NCBI GenBank assembly: GCA_009914755.4 | Contig: CP068257.2 | Coordinates: 11,616,001 to 11,680,000 of the forward strand | Length of the DNA: 64,000 nucleotides | Direction: 5' to 3' | Origin: the human T2T-CHM13v2.0 reference genome, Homo sapiens | Part shown: piece after piece, positions 13,374 through 28,180 of the stretch | How the letters are laid out: each line of letters begins with the position of its first letter | How positions within the stretch are numbered: the first letter of the stretch is position 1 | The notes under the pieces: generated by a model | The model's input: only the letters and a program-made list of their open reading frames with translations | What the model was told of the DNA's origin: nothing | The model's database searches: none | Translations under genes and position numbers: made by a program

Positions 13374-16300
13374 TAAAATTATTACATGTCAACTAAAAAT
13401 AAGTGAAAAAATATGAATAGAATTAACAAGAGTTATCCTTTGCAGAAACCAATTCTATTCTATGAACTGTCAAATATGATCAACATATCCTTCACATCTA
13501 CGTTCAAATCAAAGGTAGAGAACAGTTCATTGATGTGTTATGATAAGAATAAGACTTATAGGTGGATTTGCAAACTTTGGGGAGTCATTCATGATGAGTG
13601 TAAACAAAATTTATTATCTTTGATGAGCATTCAAACCAAGATACACACAATTCATAAAACATGACTAGCTTTTAAAATTCCCTTATTGGCTGCAATGGTT
13701 GTTTCTTTTAAATACACAAAAGGGGCCTGGTGAGATCTGAAACACCTGGGTGACAGTGGCATCAATCAAATGTCTCTTTCATCCATTTCTTTACCCTGAT
13801 GTAAGAAATCTAGACGCTTGCAAAACGTTCCCTTTAACAAGATGAACCACATTTGTCTGTAACTACAGTAATAGTTTATTCAGAAATTCATGCCCCTAAC
13901 ATCTGTGGGGCTCGGGACAGGAAATCAAATGTAAGTCTGCATACCATATGTCTAAATACTTAAAAGTTAATAAATCAACCTAAAAACCCATTAAATATAT
14001 TCTATTCTTCTACATTGACCAATATAGCTTTATAATGATCATGTGCAGATATGTGTAAAGCTACCATTTTCAATCTAAGAACATCTGCAAAATATCAAAT
14101 ACCACTGAATTTTATTATTGTTGTTCATGTCAAGCATCTTGGAGAAGGCCATGTTGTCTGGATTCAGCAAGTTGTTTTCTGATTAAAAGGCAAATGTGCT
14201 TTTGCCATTTACAAAGAATTGTATTACAGCCTATGGAAATACATATTGTTTTAACATTTACCCAAACTGTGACTTTCAAGTTTTGGAAATTACTAGGAAA
14301 TGCACCAGCTAAAAGTCAAAGGGATTATTGTTAGTTTTATCTCCACTATTTTTACTTCAGTATCAATGATGAAGTCATTGCAAAAGCAAGAAAAGGATAA
14401 TGTCAACCAGGGCAAACACAAAATGAGCAGGTATATAATATGTTAAAACCCTCCATGGTTTACTTTGTTTCAATACCTGTAATAAAAATGTTTGATTTTT
14501 CCTAGAAGAGTCTCTATCCAGTTTAAAACTAATTTCTGTGTACCTGTTTTTGAGTTTTATTATCACCATCAAATAAGCAGTTTAAAATAATAAGCCCAGA
14601 TCTTATTTATTAAAATTTATGGGCCATTTTTCACCAGGAAAAGGGAAGAATCTTCTGAACAGCCTTGTATACATCAGACAAAATATGCATAATGAGGGCA
14701 GTAGGTACATTTAAAATTATAGGGTGACACACTGACTTCCTTTAAAAGTAAACGAAGAGGGAGGAAAATATGAGTTTTTAAATATTAAATTCCATCAAAA
14801 TTCCTGATATCTGATTAAGTACGCTCCACTTTTCTTACAGGCAGATACCAATACAATAGCTTTCAAGTAATGTTTAAAATGCTTTTTTTCTCTTTGGACA
14901 ATCACATTGTACCTACCTCTCCTAAAGAATTTCCCACTTTAAGACCCAGTATTCCAACACAAAGGGTACACAGATGTAAGGCCATGTAGAGAAAAGTTAA
15001 AAATAAAAACTACAGAATCTGGTACAGCTGGGGATAATTAGTGAAAAACAAGTTTTTGCCAGAAATAAAAGGAAGTTGGGTAGACAAATTTTTCTTTAGC
15101 CAGGTTTTGGAAGATTCATGGAAAGAGAACATATTTACAACCCCACCCCTTCTCTTCTATTCCATAGAATCTAGCAAAATAAACCTCCATCATATAACAC
15201 TTCTTTTTAATAAAACTTGGTTGATTCTAATAACATTTGAAAAATCAATCAATTTTGAGGTTCTCTATATCTTTTTAAACCAATCCTGAAGCTTGAACAT
15301 GCTGTTTGAAGACTAGAGCAATCCCTTCCAAATGTCCATATCATTTTATTTTCTGTACTTGAATGCTAGTGTCTGATAGTGCAAGATTACTATTTTACAA
15401 ATACTACTTCACGTATTTTCCTTCAGAAGCAAATCTTCTTCTGGGTTATGAATTTAATGACATGATGTTGTTTTCATAAAACCAAATTTTCTATCAAGAT
15501 TTCATTCAATTTAATACACAGTAATCAGCATCTGCTCTGTCAGATAGTTATGTGGGGATACACGTCTTTCCACATAAGACTCAGTTTCTACCCTCAAGTC
15601 CCTTGCAGTCTAGCTAAGTAAGAAGACACAGGCTGTGTTTCCCCTTGATGATTAAAATGTTCCATGGGCTGGGAATTCTGTGCCCTAGATGTTGTCAGCA
15701 CTTGATTTCTATCATTCAACAAGATTCATTCAACTTTTTTTAAATTGGTGAACTGAAAATACTTCCAATTGTATATTTCCTTTCTGTTCTCATTGCAAAA
15801 GTATTCAATCAATGAGGAAATTAATCATAATGAGGAAACTGATTGAATATAATGGCATAGCTATAAATTTATATAAAAATATATTTTTTAATATTTAGGT
15901 GCTTCAAATGAAGTTACACCCAGTCGTTCTATGAATGAGAGAAAACTGGATTTGTTCCTGTGATGCCAATTTAGACTTAGATTGGCTTAAATTTACTTTT
16001 TATTTAATCCATGTGCTACTCCTTAAATTATCAACATATAGCAACTCAAAAGGATAAGTTTGCATTAATTTATGATGCCTTGGTAAAGAGTTTGGTCTTT
16101 GCTTTTCTTTCAAGCTGGAGCCATCGCATGAATATTTACACTTTAAAATTCACAAAAGGACATTCTCACAGGTTCGCTGGAGTTTAATGAGTAGTTAATA
16201 TATCTGCACCAAAGTGACAGGTAAGGAAGTGTAAGTTTTATGTAATGTTTCCATTTTGGATTTTGCTTTCTTTCTTGACATCCTTCCCTTCCATTATACT

Positions 16301-17661
16301 GTTACCTCTCTTACTTCTAAATATTTCCTTTTATTTCTTCCTGCAACTTTTTAATGTTGACATTAAGCCTAGGCCTGATGTGTGTTCTTTGCTTAATCTT
16401 TAAGAATCAGGTGAAGAATAAACAAGGATTTATAAAATGTTGAATTAGTGAACTGATTTGATATGACTTCAAGGCAGTTAAACTTTCTATCTACTGAAGT
16501 AATTTAACAAAGGAGCTGAAACAATTCTCTAAATCTGTACCTACCATATTGCAGAATATTTGCAACAAGTATTTTAATATCCAACATAATTTTTATAATT
16601 TTCTAAAGACCTTTTGTATAGAACACTCTTGATAATAGGTTTAATAAAGTTGCCTTACAGAAAAAAAACATTATTATTTTTACTCCAGCAGTGATAATGG
16701 AAACAGACTCCATTACATTTTACTTTCTTGAAAATGTTAAAAAAAGAAACACTGCATATCATTAATATTCCCTAAATAAGATATTTGAATCTAATTACAA
16801 GGGTCTTCAAAAATCATATAACAATTAGTTTAGAACAATTGATTTTCTCTTCAACGAGCATCTTGAAAGCATTTTCTTTGTGTGAAGAAACTTAGAAGTT
16901 TCAAAACCAACATGGTAAAATCTAAATACGCTTTTATTTCTGTAAATTAAAATTATGATTTAAGAATATTTATTCCTTGACATGCCTCTATTGTATTCTG
17001 TAATCAAAACTCTAGAACAAAAATAAAGTGTCTCTCATTCTAGTTTCCAAACAGAATAACAATTGACACTTAACATTTATTTTATTTAAAGTCCTGTTGT
17101 AGAACATTCCACTATGGAACACTGCTTATGATTGGGAAAATTCTTTCTTCTTTAATGCAGGAAGTGTTCAACCCTGACACATGCATGGCAAAGACATCCA
17201 GGTTGCACAATTGTCTAAACTCCCCGCCAATTACTTGGACCAGGACTCCCAAAAACTTTACGTGCTTTTGGCTTCTGCTATGCTCTTTAAAACAACATAG
17301 TCCTAACAAACTGCATTCCACTGCTAAAGAACAACCCTGACTCCAGATAATCAGTCACTGAGGTCCTTGCCTTATAACCACCATTTGTTCAAAACAGAGA
17401 CCCTGTGTCCTTTTAGCTCCTCTTTTTGTCAGAGGCACATTCCAGATAAACACCACTCTTGCCCTTCCTCTCATGGGTCTTTAACTTTTCTGCATGTTTC
17501 TCTCTCTGCCTAGGATGGCTATTTCTACCAATCACGTTAAAGTGACTAACAGAATATTTAAATTTCTTCAACATAAATGATAGTTTATGGATAGCAACTA
17601 TTAATGGGGGTTTTTTTTTTGGTTTGTTTCTGGGTTTTTGTTGTTGTTTTTAATTAATTAA

Positions 17662-17832
<171 letters not shown>

Positions 17833-18956
17833 AAATATTTAGCTTTTTAAAAGAAAGGAGTTGGTCATTATTTGTAAAGAAATCTGCCCATTCCCTTAGT
17901 AAAATCAGCCAGGTCAGTTACCGGTTCAGGGATTAAAATAAATAATTTGTAGTTGTGTTATAATAGACACTATTTTCCAGGGTCGGCAATGGTAAACAAT
18001 GCCCTTTAAGGGGAAATGATTAGAAATAGAAACTTCGAGCACCCTGCCATAGTGAAATGTGGCCCTCTATGGTAAATTAAAGATGGCCACAAATATTTTC
18101 CTATGTTATATTGAGAGGTGAAGTCCATTTCCCCTCTCCTTGAATTTGTGCTGGCCTTAATGATTTGTCCAATAGAAGGCACGAGGGATAACATTCTTAG
18201 ACTTCTCAGGCTAGCTCAGAAGAAGTCTCATAGCTTCCACTAGATTTATTAGAATGTTGGTTCTCAGATCATTGAGATGCCATGTAAGAAGTTAGACTAT
18301 CCTAAGAAACTACAGGAAGACCCTGAGATGACCTGAAGCAAGAGAGAGACATAGCCATCCAACAAGCCTCAGCTGTTTCAGGCCCTAAAGATTTGAGTCA
18401 TCCTAGCTGAGGTTCCAAATGTTGGGATCAGGTACGTGTTATCTTTACTGAGCTCTGCCCACATTGTAGATTCATAAGCAAAATAAATGATTGTTGTTAT
18501 TTTAATCCATTAAGGTTTTATTTCTCAGGGGAGAAGTGTTACTCAGCAATGGCTAACTGGAACATTTTCCATTATTATTGATTATATGAGTTTGAAATTA
18601 TGAAAATTGTTGGAGAGTTTCCTTATCAAATCTTTCCTATGTAGTAATATAGTTGGAGCCATCACAAAGCCGAATTTTGAAGTGGGTAAAACTTGTCTTT
18701 TATGCCTTCTATTTTAAATCTCTCTCTCTCTCTTTCTCTCTGTATGTATGTATATATATACATACATATATGTACATTCTCCACTTATGGCATTTCCTAC
18801 CAACTGAGCAGTTTAACAGAGACCCAAAGCTCCCCATGGACTGCTTCTCACTGCTTTTTCCAAATAAACCCTATTAGAAAGTATAATTTTAAATGTATCT
18901 AATTTCATCCATTTTTAGTTGTGACTGGTCATTCCTACTTGGTTATTTATTTCTTC

Positions 18957-19029
18957 TTCTTCCTTCTGCAAATATCATTACTTCTTCCTTCTGCAAATAT
19001 CATTACTTCTTCCTTCTGCAAATATCATT
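18957..19029. repeat. 24-bp minisatellite, about 3 copies
   Basis: cttccttctgcaaatatcattact repeated three times. Confidence 0.85.
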
Positions 19030-21066
19030 TTCTGTTCTCACTATCTCTACATCAGTTCTGAAACAGATAATTACTAGATCACATCTGTTTATCCTAAATT
19101 CACCCAGGCCATTCTCTACATTGCATCCAGGAGTCTTCCCTGAAATATAACTATTAACACTGATCTGCTTTGTAACCCTCCCCTTCACACATCATGTATA
19201 ACACATACACACACGCGTGCACACACACACACACACTTCTTTAGAAAAGAGACTAAATTCTTTAAAATATTTTACATAGTCCTTAAAATTTGTTTTCGAT
19301 TTTCGCTTCACTCTTATTACTCTCTCACCATTACCCTAAACTCAATTGGAGTTCTAATTCCAAGAAACATTCATAGCTCCTTGATGTGTGCACTCTCATT
19401 TCCAAGTCTCTGAAAATGTTTCTTTCACGAGTTTCTCTGCTCTATGGAACTCACTGAATCTCTCTGCCTTTTCTTGTACCCTTCAACCTTCCAGGTTTCC
19501 CACTGTCCCTCAGTCAAAACAACTATTGTGATAAAGACTTCCTGGACTCATCTCTCTTAATATTATATAATCTTTCTATTTAATCCCATAGAAGTGATAG
19601 ATATCTCTACAATATCCCTAATATTATTATTTGGTTTTCAGTATATCATAAATATCTAAGTGCCAGTAGAGTGACTTATTCACAATCCTTTGTAATCCTA
19701 GTGACCTGGATAGAAGAGGAAACAAGTCTGTTAGATGGATAAATATATAAGTGAATGATTATTTTTGTTTGCCCATGTTGAGCTATGTACTTAATATACA
19801 AGAAATATAATTTTAATATCAAAACTATTATTATTATATTAATATTACTATAGCTACTTTTAATCTTAAATTGAAAGATTTCAAAATGCATTTTTGTAGG
19901 ATTACTTCCTAATTCTTTCTCTTTGGGTAAAAGCACACAAAAATTTTCCAGTTTTACCATGAGCTGACATGTTTTTATAACATTTCTGTAAAATATCACT
20001 CTAACTAGACTACTTGTTTATGTAGTAGTATAGTAGTTTCCCTTTAAGGAATGTATAAGAATTATATATTGCTGTTAACAAATTAATAAGATTTTTGTTG
20101 TTCCTAGCATTTATAGAGCCCTAGATGGCCACTGGGAAATTCCTTCAAATAGTAATCTAAAATATACTTCAGTAAAGTGACTCTTGTCAGTGGCAATAAA
20201 GTAGGTCATTGTTTATGATTATTACCAAATTTTTTACATTTCATTGAATTATTTTACCATCAGAAACAACTTATCAAAACACAGCAATACCTGCTGAAAT
20301 ACACTTTTTTAATCTATTAATTCGTAAGTTGTATAAAATGGTGCATCTATTTTATAATTTTAGATTAATACAACCATAATCATTGGTTTATTTCTAAAAA
20401 TAAAAAAATGCTTATTATTTTTAAGAACAATAATATTTATTATTTCTTAAAATAGCAGTTATCTTTTAATGTAGTCTGTTAAGCATGTTTCATGTTTAAA
20501 ATATTAGATTCTAAAAGAGATATTGAGCTAAGTGAAACTATTGCTTGGAGGAAAATGGGGAGAGAAAGTGGAAAAGCAAGTAGTGGTACTAACATGAACC
20601 AGCAAAAGCTGAATCACGTCTACCAGCAAATGACCTGAGTATCACAAGTGTTCCTCAGTTAGAAAACAGGTTATTGATAGGGTATCCTATCAAGGTGGAA
20701 AAGGAGAGCATCTAAACCACAAGTTTCTGACATAGCTGTTGACAAAGGCTTGAGCAATACAGCTTTATTCCAGAACAAGATGGCCTCAGCCTTCATGAAT
20801 GGCCCCCAAAATTAAAATAAGCATATAAATCAGCATAGAAGATTAGGTGTTAAAGCCAAGTTTCGCCAAAGTTAATGATTCCATTTAAATGTGGCTATTG
20901 AATGTGTTCTTGACAAATGAAAAAGAATATTCCAAATTTTTTAAAATGAGTATAAATAGATGCTTTTCCTAAGAGCTAGTCTGTATCTAGAGAGGAGACA
21001 GAATCAGAACGTGGCAGAAACAGAAATCTCTCTAAAGTCCAAATAAGTGAATTTTATTTAAAAAAA

Positions 21067-21373
<307 letters not shown>

Positions 21374-22125
21374 AAATAAATAAATTTTAAATCACTCTTA
21401 AGCAACCTACTGGAATGACATTATCAAACATCCATCAGGTACACTTAGGATGAGAGATAGGAAGACAAACATGCTTATAACTCATCAGCTCTCAATATAA
21501 TTAGATTTTGGTTAAACTGTAATAAGAACATTGTACTGCATTAATTCAGTTTTGTTTTCTTTTTTCTTATGTCTTCAGTAGGAATTTATTTTGAAAAAGC
21601 TGTACACGACTTGCTTGTGTTAGAGAATCATTGTGGTCAAAGGTTATAGGAGGCAAAGAAATTCCCATTCTAGATGCAGAAGAGCCTGCAAGCTGAGCAA
21701 GATATATGTAAATGCAAGATATCAGAAACAGGTCTAGGAGTGGATGGTGACCCCTTTCTACATGTTATTCAGCTACTGCAATATATGTTAATCAAGTTGA
21801 ATAATATATGTCATTCAAACCTACTAAACATCAAGCTACAATGAATGACACTGTGAATATATTTTCATTGCTCCTCTAATTATGTCTTTGATATTGATTT
21901 TGATGAATGGAACTAGAGAAGGCGTAAAAGTATCTGTATTGCTCTTGAGACATACCCAGTGCCAACCATGGTGTCACTCACGTAATAAACTTTTAACAAA
22001 TATCTGTTGAATGAGTAACAGAGTGGTACAAATCAGCTGCAATGTTGTGGCAATTACACATCAATCAACAGCATATTCACTTTCATAAATGCTGGTAGAC
22101 TAATAATAGGTATTTCAAATTTCAC

Positions 22126-22900
22126 ATGTCCAAAACTGATTTCCATTTTTTCCCAACCATAATATTATCCTGCTGCAGACTTTCCCATTTCAATCATCAA
22201 CATCTCTATCCTCTGTTTCTCAGGTTCTACCTTCAAAATAGATATTTATGGAACCAGTTCCTTCTCACCACCTGCACTGTTGTTACCATTGTGATCCAAG
22301 TCTCCATCACCTCTCACTTAGATTATTTCCATAGCTTCTTGGCTGGCCTTTACTTCCATCCTGTGCCATCTACTTTTGGCATAGCCACCCAGTGTGATCC
22401 TCAAAAAACCTTATTCAGATCATGGCTTTCCTCTCTTCTAAGCCTCCATTGGCTGCCTTACAATGGCCTTCAATGCCATAGATGATTTACTCTTGAGCTA
22501 GATGACTAAGTAACATTATCAAACATCCATCAAGCAAAGTTAAGATGAGAGAAATGAAAAGAGGCAGGATACTCTGTAACTCAACTGCTCTCAATATAAT
22601 TAGATTTTGATTGAGATACAAAGAGAAAATTGTATTCTGTTAACTTGGATTTCCTTTTTCTTCTGCTCAGCCTACCTCTTACTACTCCTCCCTTTGCTCA
22701 TTCTTCTAGAAACACACTGGCTTGTGAGCCATTTCTTAACCATGCCAGGTTTGCTTCTAACCCAGGCTTTTGAATTGCTGTTTTCTTTTGCCTGGAACCA
22801 TTCTTCCCATAATTATTTCCATGGCTCATTTCCTCATTTCTTTCAGGACTGGACTCAAATGTCACCTGCTTAGAGAAGACTTATTTGACTTACTACTTAA
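22126..22900 (+). repeat. Ancient SINE/MIR-class-like interspersed repeat, family unassigned, interrupted by an about 190-bp insert at 22487-22685
   Basis: Motifs typical of an old mammalian-wide repeat, such as ...CTCCATTGGCTGCCTTACAATGGCCTTCAATGCCATAGATGAT... and ...GGACTGGACTCAAATGTCACCTGCTTAGAGAAGACTTATTTGAC. The 119-aa ORF at 22126-22485 is low-complexity repeat translation. Confidence 0.3.
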
Positions 22901-23110
22901 GTTTTCCCATTTTCTAGCATTCCTTATCTTCTTTTCCTGCTTTATTTTTTTCTATAGCACTTACAACCATCTAGTGGATTTTAATATACATCTCCCCTAG
23001 CCCATGACAAGAAGAAAACTACAGGAAGACAAGTATGTTTGTGAATTTCGTTTACTACTATACCTCCAGAACCTAGAACAATGCCTAACACGTAAGAGAC
23101 ACTCAATGAG

Positions 23111-23401
23111 GGTGGGTGCAGTGGCTCACACCTGTAATCCTTGCACTTTGGGAGGCTGAGGTGGGTGGATCACAAGGTCAAGAGATCGAGACCATCCTGG
23201 TCAACATGGTGAAACCCCGTCTCTACTAAAAATACAAAAATTAGCTGGGCGTGGTGGCATGCGCCTGTAGTCTCAGCTACTTAGGGGGCTGAGGCAGGAG
23301 AATCGCTTGAACCTGGGAGTCTGAGGTTGCAGTGAGCTGAGTCATGCCACTGTGCTCCAGCCTGGTGACAGAGCGAGACTTCATCTCCAAAAAACAAAAA
23401 A
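23111..23401 (+). mobile_element. Alu SINE, younger AluS/Y-like
   Basis: GGTGGGTGCAGTGGCTCACACCTGTAATCCTTGCACTTTGGGAGGCTGAGGTGGGTGGATCACAAGGTCAAGAGATCGAGACCATCC... TSD ACACTCAATGAG / ATACTCAGTGAG. Confidence 0.9.
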
Positions 23402-24496
23402 GGATACTCAGTGAGTACTTGTTAGATGAATGCATGAATGTCAGGAAAGCCTAATTGCCATCACTCATTCTATTGCTATATATAAGGCAATGATAATTTA
23501 TTTGGCTCATCCAGAAAGCTTTAGCAAGACTGATAACAACCCCCAGGGAAGAACTCATGAACTCCATACTGCCCAACAAAATCTTTTTCTTGGCTTCTCC
23601 TTTTTTGTCACTCCTCCTCTTTTGCTTTCCTCCACCCTATGCTACCTCCTAATAAAATTCCTTGCTTGAATTCTGTCCAATGCAAGGCTCACAAAAATAA
23701 GTTAAACAGATCTTTCCAGACAACGAGTGTTTTCTACTATCCTGGAATTTCACTGCAATACAGTACATTTCGATCACACTACCTTTTAATGAAATCTTTA
23801 CCCTGAATACTCAAAAAGTCATCTTCTGTATGAGCATGTCTGCTTTTAGTAGACATAAATGGCTAGCCTCTGTGACTGTTTTCTTTTTAACAATGAAAGA
23901 AGAAACAAACACAATGGACAATTATTAAACAATGGACAATTGATTAGAAAAAGCTCGCTTGCTAACTGAGTAATTCTTTGACACACAGTTTTCATCTCAT
24001 TTTATTATGTTAAAAAATAGAATAACAATAATACAGTAAAACCCTGTTTTGAGGCACCATTATAGTATAATTATGGATTTAGTTATACAGCCCACCACCT
24101 CATATCCCTGATGTATCATATAGCTCAGCATATTACACAATTCATCAAGGGTAAAAATTATTTTTCCCAATCTAGGCTTAATTATATATTGAGTATGCTG
24201 CTGAAAAGTTTCCCCTACCATTATCTCTTCTCAGCATAAGGGGGACAGTGTCTGTACATTGAGAAGTTATTGGTATTGCTATTATTTTTAGCAACCTATC
24301 ATCATGCACCCTCGGGGGTGAAAACATAAGTTAACAGAGATGATAAGGGACCCTTACACGTACAGAAGAAGCAGAGTGTCTGGAGCTATATATACTCAAG
24401 AGCTATGAATTACTTCAAGAGAATCCAATATGTACTAAGCAAAATTTAAAATTAAACTGCTCACTGCAATTTCAACAGTTGTAAAGTAATGTCCCC

Positions 24497-24868
24497 TGTA
24501 TTCGTCAATTTTCATGCTGCTGATAAAGACATACCCGAGACTAGGCAACTTACAAAAGAAAAAGGTTTAATTGGACTTACAGTTCCACATGGCTGGGGAA
24601 GCCTCACAATCATGGTGGAAGGCAAGGAGGATCAAGTCACATCTTACGTGGATGGCAGCAAGCAAAAAAGAGAGCTTGTGCAAGGAAACTCCCATTTTTA
24701 AAAACCATCAGATTTTGTGAGACTCATTTACTATCAGGAGAACAGTGCGGGAAAGACCCACCCCCAAAAGTCAATCACCTCCCACCGGGTTCCTTCCAGG
24801 ACATGTGGGAATTGTGGGTGTTACAAGTCAAGATGAGATTTGGGAGGGAACACAACCAAAGCATATCA
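24497..24868 (-). mobile_element. MaLR LTR (THE1/MST-type), minus strand, probably solo
   Basis: Reads TGTATTCGTCAATTTTCATGCTGCTGATAAAGACATACCCGAGACTAGGCAACTTACAAAAG...GGGAATTGTGGGTGTTACAAGTCAAGATGAGATTTGGGAGGGAACACAACCAAAGCATATCA. This is the reverse complement of the THE1/MST LTR consensus (TGATATGGTTTGGCTGTGTCCC...GGACTAATACA). Confidence 0.85.
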
Positions 24869-25390
24869 TCCTCTAAAGAATAATAATGTCAGTAATAATA
24901 GCAAAAATACATAGTAATGATAGCAAATAGTAATAGATGACATTAAATGGGCACTACTATGGCCACTGATCTAATTATTTTACTTGCAATAATTCATTAC
25001 AGAAATAATTCTTTGCAGGATCTGAATTTTAGGGGAATACATGTCATGAAATCTGAGGATTTCTTAAAGATTATCATGCTCCCATTAGGCAAGGGAACAC
25101 TCATGGTTGTTCTTGTCTTTGCCTTCACCTAAGAAAATAATGAAGGGTGGTAAATAAGGATAAGAAGGAATTCATTTATTTATTCATTTTCCTGAAATAC
25201 AAATGAAGGATCGACAATAGAAATTAGGAAAAAAAAAAGAGGGGAAGTGTAGATATTTCAAGGACATAGATAACTAATGAGCTAATGAGCATTGAATCAC
25301 TACTATATGTCAGGCACAGTATTAAGCATTCTACAGGTATTTCATTCAATCATTATAATGCCAAGTGAAGTAGGGATCCATTATCCTCTT

Positions 25391-25476
25391 CATAGTGAAG
25401 AGAAAAAGAAGCAGTTAAATATCTTGACTAAGGTCATAGTGAAGAGAAAAAGAAGCAGTTAAATATCTTGACTAAG
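25391..25476. repeat. about 42-bp tandem duplication, 2 copies
   Basis: catagtgaagagaaaaagaagcagttaaatatcttgactaag occurs twice in tandem. Confidence 0.85.
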
Positions 25477-26142
25477 CTAATAATAAGTGGTGAAACCGAA
25501 ACAATAATCTTGTCAATCTGACTTAGCTCTCAGACATATACTACGAGCATGTTTAACCTTATTTAAAATATTTTTATTTTTTATGTGTTTCCCCATGATA
25601 TTGAGCAGTAAAACCTTACAATAAAAAGAGACTAGGTGGTTTTCCTTTAGGGCAACTAGGAAGTAGGGAATAGGGAAACAGCATTCCATTCCACAGTCTA
25701 CTTTGTAGAGAGAGACCAGACAGCAGGCAACAGTAGAAAAGAAGAAAATAAAACAGGATGTTTTAAAGACCTATTATAAGCAGATAAACAAAGGAAAAAG
25801 CAAGAAAAAAGGATAAAATTTTCCTACTTTGGTTTTTTTATTTTATTTGTTTTGTTGAAATTCCAAAACTTATTCTGAGTATTATTTATTACTTGCCCTT
25901 GAAAACATTAAATCGATGATCTGTTGGAAGATTAAGCCGTGAGTGTACAGTATATCCACTTAAGATGAATTAAATCCGTTATTTGTAACCATGAAAGAAA
26001 CTATATGTTTTTATTTTCTTTTTTTGTCACCAACTCAAAATGCAAATACACACACTCATACACTTAAATTTAGTAAAGAGAAAACAATGATAACAATGGA
26101 TTGCAGCTCAAATATCTACACATTTCTCATGAGCCTAAATAA

Positions 26143-26388
26143 TTTGCGAGCACAAAATTATACTAGTACTTGGTTACATTTCAGGAAATATTTTAAAAAA
26201 TTGATTAACAGTGATTTATTAATATTTTAGAATAGAAGATTATTGAATGTGTTGTAGATAATAATCATTTGTGAGCACAAAAGTATACTATTACTTGGTT
26301 ACACTTCAGGAAATATTAAAAAATATTGATTAACAGTGATTTATTAATATTTTAGAACAGAAGATTATTGAAGATCGTGTTGTAGATT
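26143..26388. repeat. about 122-bp tandem duplication, 2 copies, about 93% identical
   Basis: atttg[c/t]gagcacaaaa[t/g]tatacta..acttggttaca.ttcaggaaatatt..aaaaa.tgattaacagtgatttattaatattttagaa.agaagattattgaa appears twice back-to-back. Confidence 0.85.
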
Positions 26389-28107
26389 CTATTTATTTTC
26401 TATTAAATCCAAATAAGATGTATTTTCCATGAAAACTAGGTCTTACACTGTATTTGAATTTAAATCCTGGGATCATATTAATGCAGAAATTACAAGTGTG
26501 TCATTTAGCACATAATTTTCCCAGATGGAGACATTTTGCTGAATAGCAAACTGCCAAATTGAATGTACAGCATATGATAAAAGCAGTTTGAGCCCAATTT
26601 TCCCCAATGAAATCAAACAACAAATTGTGTTGATTTAATTGTGAACTTATACTTATGGATTATAACATGAAGGAATGAATTTTTCACTTTCCTGTTACAC
26701 CATTGCCTTTATTTCCCATCCAGAATTACAGAGGAGTTGTAAGGCAATTAAGGGTGTTACACAGGGCTTTTGGGTGCAGCACTGGAATTTTAAAACAGGT
26801 TTAATGGCAATTTTTGATAAGTAATATACTGTAATATACCTTTTAAACTCTACATGGACTTTAAAATCTTTTATGGAAAATTCTCAAGTTTCCATAATAA
26901 AAAAACGCTCTGCTTTCTTTGGGGAATATTTTTGGGAAAAATAACTTAGTTCAATTTTCATGGAAAAAATACCTAAATAGTAGTATTGCTGTTCAAATTT
27001 TGTCACATTTCTTTTTGTGGGTCTTTTGAAGTAAATCAACAGGTTTATGTAAACATTATGATTTGGCTTCTCCTAGATGTTAGAAAGAAGCAGTGTGTAA
27101 GTAGTGACGTACTTGGGCTTTACGTAAAGAAATTGTGCCATTATTTCAAGCCAGATATAGCTTCTGTATCAACAAATGGAACACAAATCTTTAGTCTAGG
27201 ACTTAAGAGTGGGGGAAAAAGGGAAAAAACAACTATAACACTTAAATGAAGTCTTTGTATCTTAGGTTTGTTGACCAGGGTATTATACATATCTAATGCT
27301 ACTAAAATTATGATGTTATTGAATACTCAAGTTAATTCAATAAGTGGTGGTTATCTGTAGTAATCATAGAGAAAGGAACTATTACTATGAGGCACCTGCG
27401 GGTACAGCACCCTAGTAGTAAGTTAGAGTAGAGGTAAGTATCTGAGCAGCCCATTCTGCTTTCCTGTGAAAAAGCAGGTATGCTTTCCTGTGAAAAGCAG
27501 GTATTTGCTAAGCACACCAAGGTCTAAGAATGATACACATTGAGAAGTTTGAACATTATTACATCTTGATAGCAGTTATGAAAATTGTTAAATGAAGGTT
27601 CTTACGGTGCACTTAGAAATCACTCTTTAATCCAAGATGTGATTTTCATTTCCATTAAGCTTCCACCCACACATACTAATGTCTTCTTAACTTTCTGTAT
27701 AATTCCTTGGCCTTTTCATATAGTATCTTAGGTTATGTTAGTCTTTAATTTCTATCTGTTTACTTATAGGACACATTCAGCTACCTGTTAGTCACACCAC
27801 AAATCTTTGTGCAGACACTTGGAATCTATTCCTAATTGCCTTCACAGTTGATTATCGTGGAGTCAGCTACATAAGAAAGAGCCACTCTAATTAGTGCAGC
27901 TGATTCCTATGTTGAGCTGCTAACATCGATCTGTTTGAAAGTCACTTTTTGTGCATTTACACTCAAGTTCTTAAGCAATGATGACAGCAGTACCCTAAAT
28001 ATTAAAAAAGAAAGAAAGATAGAAAAGAAAAAAGAAAAGAAAATAGCGTAGAAAAGTTGGGTAGAGTTTATTCCATGGCATAGTCATTTTAAAGCAGGTA
28101 GTTTTTG

Positions 28108-28180
28108 AGAAGGTGTTTTTTGTTGTTGTTGTTGTTTGTTTGTTTTTGTTGTTGTTGTTATTGTTGATTTGTTTGCTTGT
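28108..28180. repeat. (GTT)n/(GTTT)n T-rich low-complexity
   Basis: gttgttgttgttgtttgtttgtttttgttgttgttgttattgttgatttgtttgcttgtttgg. Confidence 0.85.

Noticed and set aside
22126-22485. 119-aa ORF as a gene
   Set aside because: It lies within an ancient SINE-like repeat, and the translation is Leu/Ser/Phe-rich repeat text.
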